This document shows positions 54,164 through 63,325 of a stretch of 64,000 bases of DNA, piece after piece; positions within the stretch are counted from its first letter, which is position 1, and each line of letters opens with the position of its first letter. The translations under genes were made by a program, and so were the position numbers. The stretch lies in the IMG/VR virus record IMGVR_UViG_3300038415_000014, positions 64,001-128,000 of that record. The stretch is one strand, 5' to 3'. Origin of the DNA: a virus. The notes under the pieces are model-generated. The model ran no database searches. It saw only the letters and a list, made by a program, of their open reading frames with translations, and had not been told where the DNA came from.

Positions 54164-57088
54164 TCATCGAAGTCCGAGAGAGAACAATTTACCTTTGGTG
54201 ACCAATTGAACCATCTCAGAGTTAGTGAGGGTTCGGCCCAGTACCTCACGACAAGCCGCAAGGTAACTATCTACATCTGGATATGAGGCCGTCCCGCCTA
54301 GAGCGATCACGGTCCTATAAATTCGAGCATCGCCCGCCATTGAGGATTTCTTTTCGGTCCTCTCTATGAGGCGATTCATGACGAGAATTTCTCGCCCTGA
54401 GAATCTATTTGCTTTGCCTACAGCTTCCCACCCACCCATGTCATGCAGGATCAACCCTGCTAGAACACTTCTAGCTTTGGATGGGTCTTTAACGTTGGCT
54501 AGTACCATTTTAGATCGCTCACGCCACTTGGCGTAACGTAGAGCTGACTTGATAAGAGATTCATTGGACCTATTCTCGTCCAAGGTACTCTCCTCTCCCT
54601 TGTCGGAGTCGGAGATGTCTTTCTTGACCTTGTTAGTGACCTCGTCGACCAGAGAATGGTACAAATCATTGATGACTTGTTTGAAGGGTCGTGTTGAATC
54701 CTCAGTAGATGGAGTAGAGGAAGGTGAGCCCCCCATTTCAGATTGACCAGGGAAATCCTGCTGAGCAGAATTGATCCGAGCCCTGGGTGCGTCTTTAATC
54801 TGTTGTAGACGCGACCTGTGAGCCTCAGCAGCCCGAGCGGTACCCGAGAATGGTGGGGGTACGCGAAGGGCTCCTAGCGATGGACCGTCGTGCAGATACG
54901 CTAGGTAGTCAGCAGGCTTGGCTACAGCTCCAACCCCAATGGGGGCGAGGCGAGCGGCCTTCTGCATGAGGTTAGGGTCGAAGACCTCTGTGGGTCGCAT
55001 GTACGCGACCTGAATCTTGTGGCGGGCGGCCTCAGCCAACTCGGCTGTCTTCGGGTCGAGGATGGACCTTAATACAGCTCCGGAGAATGCCGGGTGTGCT
55101 ACCCATGAGCCCTCTATGAACTTGACGGACCCGGGTTCCTTGGTGATGTGCCCGCAAAGCTCAGCTATCTTGCGACGCTGACCCTTGGCATCGAGGAACC
55201 AGTTGCCTTTCTCATACTTGATGTGACGGCATAACTGGGTTTCATCCTCGGCTACGTTGCCACACTTGGTACAGATGGTGAAGCTGACGTGGCAATTCCC
55301 AACAGCTACCCCACCAACCTGGTAGGAATGATCCTCTTCCACCTCTATGTTGTAAACGGCCCCTTCATACTGGAAGGGTTCAATACCAGTGATGGGGAAG
55401 ATCACAATATCATCAAGAACACGTAAATGGCGATCGTGTACCTGAGTCGGAGCCTTTGCGCAAACCCCAAGCAATGGATCTGAGGCTGACTTTGAGAACA
55501 TCAGATTGAAATGAGCTAGTTTCCCAGTATCTGGGTGACGAATAGACTCACCATTAACAACGGCCACCTCAATCGTAGAAGCCCCACCCCCAAAAAAACA
55601 CTCAATTCTAGCTGGCAGGTCACATTGGATTGCTAGAAGATGAAGCTGACAAATCAGGTCGTAAGAGGTCGTAGTACCAGCTACTGAACCACTTACCTGG
55701 AGACCGCCATCACCATTCAACCAAGCCCCTAGTATATTTCTGTGGGACTCCGCTGACCACTGCATAGCCTCTGAACTCAGATGCTTCCGATGACTATACT
55801 CACCACCATGCTTTTTGAACCAGGATACTAGATTCTTCCCAGTGACATGAACAACACAGGTACATCGATCAACTCTGTCCTGAACCCATGGGATACAGCC
55901 AGGGAAAGATTCTTTGAGTAGCTGAACTGTCTCTTCAACTAGGGTCAACCTCTCAGTCAGGGAGAAGTTGAACTGAACCTCTACAGGATTACCTCTCTTC
56001 TTTAGAAAAGAACCCTCAGCCAAAAAGTACCCGAGAAGTCTCGCCCGAGCTACCCCAGGGTCCCCAACCACCTCTGTAGAGAGCTTTGGGAATACAACGT
56101 AATCCCCAACCTGGAGTTCATCTGATCTAAGCTTTTCAATCTTTAGCGAGGATATCTCTTCAAGCTGACGTTTTCGATCCCTGGCCTCTTCAATAGAGTA
56201 GCTACCGTTAGGATTCAGGACACGAAGCTGATGCCCAACCCTAAACCTCTTAGTCATTCTACGAACTGGGTCACGGTCACTCACTTCCAAAGTCTGACCA
56301 CAACCACAAGCACAAGTCCTAGATGGACGTACTACGTAGAACGGGTGGTTATCTGTAGTGGGTATTGCATCTGGTATCCCAACTACTTTGATACGACGCA
56401 TCCCCCACTTACCGATGTGTATCTGCTGATTCAGGACTTCACGGGATCTACCCTTGTGAGTCAGAACCATCTCCCCAGGCATAACATCTTTGATTGAAAC
56501 CCGCCGACCATCTGCCAAAGTAACGGGGGCTTCTGGTAAGAAGCAACCCATACTCAAAGTACTGAGCTGGCCACTCGTGATAGCTTCAATGAGAGACTTG
56601 TGCTTGCGGTCGGTCGCAATGAGAATGTCAACGTAGACGGACTCCCCGATGTCCCGAGCGGCGGCGTCAATGATCTTGCCCTTGGACAGCTCTGGGATCT
56701 GGATGTGCTCGACGTAGTTCTCACCACCTATGAAGGTACGGAAGGACGCGAGTAGTAGCTTGCGCTCCCAACAGTCCTGGTTGTTGTTAACATACTTGGC
56801 TGTACCCGTAGTTACATAGAAATCCGGGAACTGCCTATTAATCTGAAGTCCATCAAACATCTGGTTACCAGTAGGCAACCCAGGCTTCTCGGTATCCACC
56901 GAGGCAATGATGGTACAATGACTTAGGAGGTACTGGGCAGGGTCATACTGTTGAAGTATGATCTGAGACGCTCTCCGTACCTCGAAGGTAGGGGCAGGGG
57001 CGAAAGCCTTCGAACGAACATCGTCCCACCCAGCTTGAGTGATAACTGGGTTCGTAAATGTAGCTTTGGCGTACTTGGAGAAACCCAT
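54164..57088 (-). CDS. Prohead protease precursor interrupted by an intein
   Basis: Position between portal and scaffold; H..P...GKI, LSMG|C and E.SWV..PA fit an assemblin/HK97-type protease; the ATG at 57088 overlaps the upstream TAA. Confidence 0.75.
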   Translation of the reverse strand: MGFSKYAKATFTNPVITQAGWDDVRSKAFAPAPTFEVRRASQIILQQYDPAQYLLSHCTIIASVDTEKPGLPTGNQMFDGLQINRQFPDFYVTTGTAKYVNNNQDCWERKLLLASFRTFIGGENYVEHIQIPELSKGKIIDAAARDIGESVYVDILIATDRKHKSLIEAITSGQLSTLSMGCFLPEAPVTLADGRRVSIKDVMPGEMVLTHKGRSREVLNQQIHIGKWGMRRIKVVGIPDAIPTTDNHPFYVVRPSRTCACGCGQTLEVSDRDPVRRMTKRFRVGHQLRVLNPNGSYSIEEARDRKRQLEEISSLKIEKLRSDELQVGDYVVFPKLSTEVVGDPGVARARLLGYFLAEGSFLKKRGNPVEVQFNFSLTERLTLVEETVQLLKESFPGCIPWVQDRVDRCTCVVHVTGKNLVSWFKKHGGEYSHRKHLSSEAMQWSAESHRNILGAWLNGDGGLQVSGSVAGTTTSYDLICQLHLLAIQCDLPARIECFFGGGASTIEVAVVNGESIRHPDTGKLAHFNLMFSKSASDPLLGVCAKAPTQVHDRHLRVLDDIVIFPITGIEPFQYEGAVYNIEVEEDHSYQVGGVAVGNCHVSFTICTKCGNVAEDETQLCRHIKYEKGNWFLDAKGQRRKIAELCGHITKEPGSVKFIEGSWVAHPAFSGAVLRSILDPKTAELAEAARHKIQVAYMRPTEVFDPNLMQKAARLAPIGVGAVAKPADYLAYLHDGPSLGALRVPPPFSGTARAAEAHRSRLQQIKDAPRARINSAQQDFPGQSEMGGSPSSTPSTEDSTRPFKQVINDLYHSLVDEVTNKVKKDISDSDKGEESTLDENRSNESLIKSALRYAKWRERSKMVLANVKDPSKARSVLAGLILHDMGGWEAVGKANRFSGREILVMNRLIERTEKKSSMAGDARIYRTVIALGGTASYPDVDSYLAACREVLGRTLTNSEMVQLVTKGKLFSLGLR
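55295..56545 (-). mobile_element. Intein (417 aa) with DOD/LAGLIDADG endonuclease
   Basis: Starts CFLPEAPVTLADG, block B THKG/TTDNHPF, LAGLIDADG LLGYFLAEGS and LGAWLNGDGG, ends VYNIEVEEDHSYQVGGVAVGN, +1 residue Cys. Confidence 0.93.
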
Positions 57089-57819
57089 TAGGTGGCCCCT
57101 ACTCCAAACCATTGATGAGGTTCACCACTGGGTCCCAGCACAGAGACAGGATCAATGATGTACAAGCATTTGGGACAAGCGAAGACCTTATGGCGAGCGC
57201 CCTCCTGCATTCTGTAGGTAGAACGTCTCATCCGGTTCGAGCACTTGGGACATGAGGGGCGACCCGCCTTGATGTCCTGAGTCGTAGCTCGATACTGCCT
57301 GTTCTGGGATATCCAGTAAGCGGCAGACTTCTGAAGGTGACCTTGGATTCGAAGCTCACCCGCATTATGTGCAAACGAATAGAACTTGGCTACCTCTGTT
57401 CGGAGGGCATCATCATCCACGTTGGGGTAAAGAGCGCGATAGAGGTTATCATATGCGATGACCTCGCTCGCGCCCTTATGCCAATGTTTGGCCAGATCTA
57501 CATAGATCGAGGGCTGGAACTGCTTACTCCAGAGGGAATTTGAGGAAGCTTCCTTCCTAGCCCTCTCGATTTCTACAGTCATGTAGCTTTGATCAAACTG
57601 AGGAGGCAAGTACTTGATGAACTTAGGTGACACCCTAACAATGTCATCCGGAAACACGCGCTCGTTACCGAATGGCCATTGGACATCGAGTACGCCAAGA
57701 CCCTTGTGGACGGCGGTGACCGTACCAACATAGGGAGAGAGATCCCCATCGATGACGTCGATCTTTTGGACCACATCACCTTGGTTGAACTCTTTTGTTA
57801 GCTTCCAATAGTCGATCAT
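57088..57819 (-). CDS. Hypothetical protein: SH3-like N-terminus, C-terminal zinc ribbon
   Basis: FNQGDVVQK..VGTVTAV..LDVQWP; CPKC...CPKC; the ATG at 57819 overlaps the upstream TGA. Confidence 0.7.
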   Translation of the reverse strand: MIDYWKLTKEFNQGDVVQKIDVIDGDLSPYVGTVTAVHKGLGVLDVQWPFGNERVFPDDIVRVSPKFIKYLPPQFDQSYMTVEIERARKEASSNSLWSKQFQPSIYVDLAKHWHKGASEVIAYDNLYRALYPNVDDDALRTEVAKFYSFAHNAGELRIQGHLQKSAAYWISQNRQYRATTQDIKAGRPSCPKCSNRMRRSTYRMQEGARHKVFACPKCLYIIDPVSVLGPSGEPHQWFGVGAT

Positions 57820-58295
57820 TGAAACCCGTCCCGCCACCTATTCAAGTAGGTGATAGCTGAGGTCAACAGCTCAACATCATCCTTGGCGTTACCAAGCACT
57901 CGATTACAACGGTTATGAATCAATCCTCTAACGCACTTCCCGCAAGACCCGTATCCAGGGCAACAGTTCTGATCATGGTCAATAGTGACGGACATCGGCT
58001 TCTGACCCCTTGGAAGCATTGGTTTTCCGCACATAAGGCATAAACCACCTTGTTTCTCCCAAAGGGCATTGAAGTCGACATTGTAGTTAGTATTGCGCTT
58101 GATCCGTAGATACTTGGTAGGGTCTGCCGACTGCCAATTACAAACACGCTTGGACTCACACGATTTGCAGGCGGCTACTAAACCATCCTTGTTCCTGGAG
58201 TCCCTTGTGAAGTCATCCGGGACGACCTTATCCAAACCACAGACGGAACACGCCTTGGTTGGTTTCTGGTCTGCTCCAAGATGGGTATCCATCAC
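57816..58295 (-). CDS. Endonuclease VII-family (HNH-type) nuclease, probably homing
   Basis: QGGLCLMC...IDHD..C...C..CVRGLIHNRCN..LG..KDD..LL..AI.YL. Confidence 0.88.
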   Translation of the reverse strand: MMDTHLGADQKPTKACSVCGLDKVVPDDFTRDSRNKDGLVAACKSCESKRVCNWQSADPTKYLRIKRNTNYNVDFNALWEKQGGLCLMCGKPMLPRGQKPMSVTIDHDQNCCPGYGSCGKCVRGLIHNRCNRVLGNAKDDVELLTSAITYLNRWRDGFQ

Positions 58296-58303
58296 TTAGG
58301 TCC

Positions 58304-59383
58304 TTACGGAGCGAGAGGGCGACCGGTGGTGGACTTGCCAGTTTCTACCGCCTGGCTCTGATCATCCTTGAACAAGCTCATGTACTGGTTCTCGTCGGCA
58401 TCCGTCTGGATGGGAGCCATCGGAGCATTGAAGGTATCCATGTAGCTCTCATCTGAGTCCTTCTGGAGAACCTTGGCTTGCTTGAGAACATGGACCTGGC
58501 GCTTGAACATACTTTCGGGTCCGTAAGCATGGAACTCGACCTCGTCAGCAACCTTGTCGATCTCATTGACGACAGCTCGGGCCGCTTCAAAGTTCATCCC
58601 CCACTTTTCATGGTTATCCTGGATGACCTGAGCAATACGGTCTAGACGAGCAAGAACTTTGCTGGCTTCTTCCTGAGCAAACTTAGCAGTCATGTCATTT
58701 CCCTCTGGGGTTCTAGTTGAGGATTCGTGTACCGTTAGTAGGGGATTTGTTTGAGTTTCCCCCGCTAACTTAGCTAAAAGCATGTTGTATAGGTCTGCAT
58801 TCACTACAGCGCTGTAACGACCGTCCCCTGCAGATCGAATGGCTAGATCTAAGGCAGCTCGAAATCGAGCATCGGGGACCATTCCCTCAATCGCCTTTGA
58901 TAGGACTGATTGCTTTAGCCACTCTCGCGCGGAGGCAAGAAGAAGATCATAGTCCTTTGCAGTCAAGTCCCGAACAGCACCTTGTTCCCACCCAACATAA
59001 GGTGCGAACCCTTCATGACCTGCGGGATATGGCTCAATACCGTGATACATTGAGGTCCTTTGGGGTTGTTGGTCAGAGTCGTTTATCAGCATGGATGCAT
59101 CCACCTGTGCTTTGACCAAGGGATAAGAAGAATAGGGGTTGGTTTCCTGAGCCCTGACGGCTTGCTGAACCAGCCTACGAAAGTTCTTCGCTGACCCACC
59201 AATTTCCCTTCGATTCTTTGATAGATCCTTGTCGCTCTTGCTCAAGTCTGGATCTCGTTCAGCATCCATCTGCTCTCGACGTCGGTCGTGACGAGGAGGC
59301 TTGTCCTTTGGCAAGGGATGGACGAGGCGTTCAACCTCTTCATCCTCACGCTCGTGGAGCTCCTTGGTGCTTGTAACTTCCAT
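58304..59383 (-). CDS. Hypothetical head-associated protein
   Basis: 359-aa ORF directly downstream of the portal; modular with charged linkers. Confidence 0.7.
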   Translation of the reverse strand: MEVTSTKELHEREDEEVERLVHPLPKDKPPRHDRRREQMDAERDPDLSKSDKDLSKNRREIGGSAKNFRRLVQQAVRAQETNPYSSYPLVKAQVDASMLINDSDQQPQRTSMYHGIEPYPAGHEGFAPYVGWEQGAVRDLTAKDYDLLLASAREWLKQSVLSKAIEGMVPDARFRAALDLAIRSAGDGRYSAVVNADLYNMLLAKLAGETQTNPLLTVHESSTRTPEGNDMTAKFAQEEASKVLARLDRIAQVIQDNHEKWGMNFEAARAVVNEIDKVADEVEFHAYGPESMFKRQVHVLKQAKVLQKDSDESYMDTFNAPMAPIQTDADENQYMSLFKDDQSQAVETGKSTTGRPLAP

Positions 59384-59436
59384 AACCTGTTTTGGTCAGA
59401 CCCTATCTAGTCCGAACCCAAAAGGACTATTGGAGG

Positions 59437-61242
59437 TTAGAACCTAGACTCAGGTTCCTGAGGTGCTTCAGTCTTCTTCAGGTGAAGGTAATCAGCAATC
59501 TTCTTTGATACGTCAGTTTCTTCTACCAGTTTACGACCTACCTCACCGTAGATGCCTCTCATCACCTCATTGAACGTTGCATCGTTCACGGTGAACATGT
59601 CCCTCTCAAGCTTTTCCTTGGTATCCATTGGATCAATATTGAAAAGCTCAAGGATCACATCAATACTGATGCTCCCCTTCTGATAGAGATTGAACAGAGC
59701 ATCAAAGGTATCCTGCGAATCACGGAGAGCCAATCGAGTGAAGCTGAGACGTGGGTATAAGACAACCTCGTTGCCCCATTCATCCTCTTCAACGAAACCC
59801 TTTCTACGGGCGACTGGTTTGAATAGGTACTTCTCAACATATTCCTGAATCATCTCTCTGAAGAGCAAGTACCTAGTGTTGAGAACTTCGAGTTTTACAC
59901 GGTCACCAGAGAACGTTGACTCACCATTGAGTAGTGACTCTGTCACCCCAAGACCAGCAAACATTTGCTTGTCTGTGATCTCGTATTCGGTAGACAAGTC
60001 CAAAAGACGGTCACGCGCTCCGATATCCTCCCAGTGGACCTCGTAGTTCGTGATGATGCTGTAGTCAGGATCAACCAGAGACAAGTCAACTTGCTCACGT
60101 AGGTCCTCGACGTCCAACTCAGACAACCCCTCACCCCAGATGAGGCGCTTGGGGGTCATTGCACGGGTAGCAATAAGAGTCTGGGCCTGACGGAGCTTCT
60201 CTCTATAGTAGAGGGTCCGGAGACACCTATCGAGGATGCTGGCGCCCAAGTCCTCCCCAGCACCCCTTCGAGCTGCTAGGTGGTAACAGAATGAACCCTC
60301 ATCAGGGTCAGTACCTAAGGGGATCAACTTGCCGGATTCGATGTATTCACGTACCTCGGCCGGTATCTCTTCGACCATCTCCTGGGCGCGCTCATCACCG
60401 GCCTTGGCCTGAGTGAATAGAACCTTGTCCCGGTCACTAGGGATCAACTCGATTCGAGTCTTGTCCGTGAACGAGAAAGTTGTAAGCTTTACCTGGTCAA
60501 CGGGGAGGATGACCAGCTTGGACCACCCCTTGTAGTGCTTCTGGTAGTAAGCCAGGTCGCGCTCTTCATGGTCATCATAGGGCGAGACAACCTCTTCATC
60601 GGTTTCCGTACCTGAGCCGTCCTCATTAAGGACAGCCTTCGGGCGCCTCTCAACTCGGTTCCCGATATCGACCGGGATGTCAACGGATGAATCCTCAGCG
60701 AACAAGAACACGTTACCATCCAGCCAATAGTGGTGAACAGCCGTGATTAGTCGCTTGAAAAGATCAACCTTGTCACACATCCGCTCGAAGTAATCGAGGA
60801 TGTATTTTCCGTAGTTGTCCGCGCTCTTGAAACCCTGCGGACAAGTCCGAGGACGGGGGGTTGCCAACCTGACCTTTGATAGCGGCAACTCAGTGTGAAT
60901 GTCGATAGCTTGACCAACAAGTGGATCTGAGTTGTAAAAGTGGCGGTAAATCTCCCTCTTCTCTCGGAGGGACTGGGGTAGCTCAAGAAAGTCAGTGGAT
61001 AGCTGAGGAGAGAAGAACGAGCTTACTCCAGAGAGAGCAGTATTGGTTCCGGCGCCCGTGGGTACTGGGCCTCCATAGTTGCCCATCCCGCTCATATTCG
61101 AGGTACGAATACGCCGAGCTAGACGTTCCTTCTCGGTCAAGTTGGTGAACTTACCCTTTGCGGCGTAGGGGGCATACTGCCTACTGGTAGAGCTCCACGG
61201 AGGGGTGAACCCGCTCGGAGGAACATTGGTAAATCTAGCCAT
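59437..61242 (-). CDS. Portal protein (601 aa)
   Basis: Upstream of protease/scaffold/MCP; DPLVGQAIDI.TE and SILDRCLRTL..REKLRQAQ..IA helical wing/stem patterns. Confidence 0.75.
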   Translation of the reverse strand: MARFTNVPPSGFTPPWSSTSRQYAPYAAKGKFTNLTEKERLARRIRTSNMSGMGNYGGPVPTGAGTNTALSGVSSFFSPQLSTDFLELPQSLREKREIYRHFYNSDPLVGQAIDIHTELPLSKVRLATPRPRTCPQGFKSADNYGKYILDYFERMCDKVDLFKRLITAVHHYWLDGNVFLFAEDSSVDIPVDIGNRVERRPKAVLNEDGSGTETDEEVVSPYDDHEERDLAYYQKHYKGWSKLVILPVDQVKLTTFSFTDKTRIELIPSDRDKVLFTQAKAGDERAQEMVEEIPAEVREYIESGKLIPLGTDPDEGSFCYHLAARRGAGEDLGASILDRCLRTLYYREKLRQAQTLIATRAMTPKRLIWGEGLSELDVEDLREQVDLSLVDPDYSIITNYEVHWEDIGARDRLLDLSTEYEITDKQMFAGLGVTESLLNGESTFSGDRVKLEVLNTRYLLFREMIQEYVEKYLFKPVARRKGFVEEDEWGNEVVLYPRLSFTRLALRDSQDTFDALFNLYQKGSISIDVILELFNIDPMDTKEKLERDMFTVNDATFNEVMRGIYGEVGRKLVEETDVSKKIADYLHLKKTEAPQEPESRF

Positions 61243-61736
61243 TAGGGTAACTCCTCGCCATACAAGTCATCAATATCCGAAGTCGTTGTCTCCACTAGGC
61301 CCTGACTCACTAGGTCAACTTCCTCACTAGACATTGGTGGTATCCCATAAAGGGCTTCCAAAGGGTCTTTTCTGGCTTCGTGGGCTTTCTGCTTATCAGC
61401 CTCAACTCTAGCCAAACGTTGACTTTCTAACTGCCTTTGTCGGTTCCTATCCTCTGCATCACGAGAGACCACTGTCAGGATTCTATTTTCAACCCCAGCA
61501 GTTCGACGAGCAGCCTGGAATACCATCCCGGAGAAGCGCTTTCCTGAGTTGGCAATCGAGATGTACGAATAAGACGACTCATCCGCCATCCGCCTAGCCT
61601 TAGCGTAAAGGGTGGCATAGACCTCATTCAACTGTGCAGAATGATCCACCATCAGGTCACGAATACTGACAGCCTCTTCGCAAAGCTCTTCGATGCTCAT
61701 CTGAGCTGCTGGTTTTGAGGGCTGGTTAGAGGGCAT
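61242..61736 (-). CDS. Hypothetical helical protein
   Basis: 164-aa ORF; TAATG overlap with the portal. Confidence 0.65.
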   Translation of the reverse strand: MPSNQPSKPAAQMSIEELCEEAVSIRDLMVDHSAQLNEVYATLYAKARRMADESSYSYISIANSGKRFSGMVFQAARRTAGVENRILTVVSRDAEDRNRQRQLESQRLARVEADKQKAHEARKDPLEALYGIPPMSSEEVDLVSQGLVETTTSDIDDLYGEELP

Positions 61737-61739
61737 GGT

Positions 61740-62258
61740 CTAGATTGACGTTTGAAGACCTAAGTAATAACTGTTCAATACCTTGGGGATCTGAGCTACA
61801 AAGCCAACGAAGAAACCTGGTGCTAAAGGGTCATGAGTAATGGTCAATTCGTCTTCGTTAGTGAAGAAACCTCTCTTCGAGAAGTAAACAAGATCACCGC
61901 AGTGGTAAACTATAGGGACTAGAGGTCCTCCACCAGTACGTGACGCATAAGTATATTGTTCATAGGTGCTAGTGGACATGAGAGCCCTACCGCTCATCAT
62001 AACCCCGTACTTGTAAGTCGTAGGTTGGTTAGTCATGGAAGTATACTGATCTGCAGACTCATCACTCCCCCAAAGCATGAATCCGCCGTACAATCCAGTT
62101 GAGAACGTTACGACGTTGTACTGAAGCGATGAGGATACCCATTGAACCCCTTGTCCTCCAGGCCATCCCAGGTCCACCATAGCCTGGTCCACGATAACAG
62201 TCTGTCGATCCCCAGCTATGAAGATGACGACGTCACGATTCCTAACGATCTCAGTCAT
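61740..62258 (-). CDS. Cement/decoration-like paralogue 3
   Basis: GWPGGQGVQW, GFMLWGSDESADQ, YHCGDLVYFSKRG. Confidence 0.65.
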   Translation of the reverse strand: MTEIVRNRDVVIFIAGDRQTVIVDQAMVDLGWPGGQGVQWVSSSLQYNVVTFSTGLYGGFMLWGSDESADQYTSMTNQPTTYKYGVMMSGRALMSTSTYEQYTYASRTGGGPLVPIVYHCGDLVYFSKRGFFTNEDELTITHDPLAPGFFVGFVAQIPKVLNSYYLGLQTSI

Positions 62259-62264
62259 AGGTGC

Positions 62265-62792
62265 TCAGATTGAGGTTTGGAGGACTATGTAGTTGTTATT
62301 CTCAGAAGAGGGGGTCTGAACAATATTCCCAATATAATAAGTGTTCGGAGCCCTTGGGTCCCCAGAAGGAGTCCATTCATCTTCTGTAGTAAAAAGACCT
62401 CTAAGGGAAAAGAGAACCCTAGCCCCTACTGGATAGACCAAGGGTACCAATGGCCCTACTTGGCGTGATTCCCAAGTGTATACCTCGAAGGTCCTTGTGG
62501 CGATCAACCAACTACCTCCGCAAAATACTGCATTCCCATAGGCCTGTTGATTGCCAGTTATTGCAGTGAATTGGTCAGAAGACTCATTACTCCCCCAAAG
62601 GAGAAAACCACCGTAGGTACCATCTGAATAGTCAACAAGAAACTCATCAATATCCGAATCTATCCAGCGTACGCCTTGCCCGCCTTGCCAACCCTTATTG
62701 ATCATGTTCTGAGAGATCGAAGTTGGATAGGCATCTCCCTTCTCTAAGACATAGACGTCTCTATCACGTGGGAATTCAAGGGTAAATGTCAT
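62265..62792 (-). CDS. Cement/decoration-like paralogue 2
   Basis: GWQGGQGVRW, GFLLWGSNESSDQ, YPVGARVLFSLRG. Confidence 0.65.
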   Translation of the reverse strand: MTFTLEFPRDRDVYVLEKGDAYPTSISQNMINKGWQGGQGVRWIDSDIDEFLVDYSDGTYGGFLLWGSNESSDQFTAITGNQQAYGNAVFCGGSWLIATRTFEVYTWESRQVGPLVPLVYPVGARVLFSLRGLFTTEDEWTPSGDPRAPNTYYIGNIVQTPSSENNNYIVLQTSI

Positions 62793-63325
62793 ATACTCAC
62801 CTGGATCCCCATGTAATACTCAGTAGTTGCAGTTGGAACCTGAGATACATACCCAAGGTAGTATGTGTTCAACCCTCTGGCAATGAGCGCTGGATCTCCA
62901 GAGTCAACCCACTCGGTAATCTCTTTGGTCCAGTAACCCCTGGTTGAGAACACTAATCTGTCACTCGCGTTGTAGACAAGAGGTACGAGTGGCCCTCCAG
63001 ACTTCCTAGAGAGGTAGGTGTATTGCTCGTAGGTCCTAGTCAGGATCATCCACCCACCACAACCAACCGTAGCGAACTTGTAGTAGGGCTGGTTCTCAGT
63101 CATCGCAGTGAATTGGTCTGCTGACTCATTACTCCCCCACAACATGAATCCAGCATAGTAACCGTCTGATGTAGTTACCAGGAACTCATCCGTAGTAGAG
63201 GGTGTCCACATAACCCCCTGACCCCCAACCCATCCGGTAAGAACCAAGGACTCAGAAACTGTAACTGGAAACGCTGAACCCTTCTTCTGGATGATACAGT
63301 CTCGGTCATAGAGCACTTGGGTCAT
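62789..63325 (-). CDS. Cement/decoration-like paralogue 1
   Basis: GWVGGQGVMW, GFMLWGSNESADQ, YNASDRLVFSTRG. Confidence 0.65.
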   Translation of the reverse strand: MTQVLYDRDCIIQKKGSAFPVTVSESLVLTGWVGGQGVMWTPSTTDEFLVTTSDGYYAGFMLWGSNESADQFTAMTENQPYYKFATVGCGGWMILTRTYEQYTYLSRKSGGPLVPLVYNASDRLVFSTRGYWTKEITEWVDSGDPALIARGLNTYYLGYVSQVPTATTEYYMGIQVSI

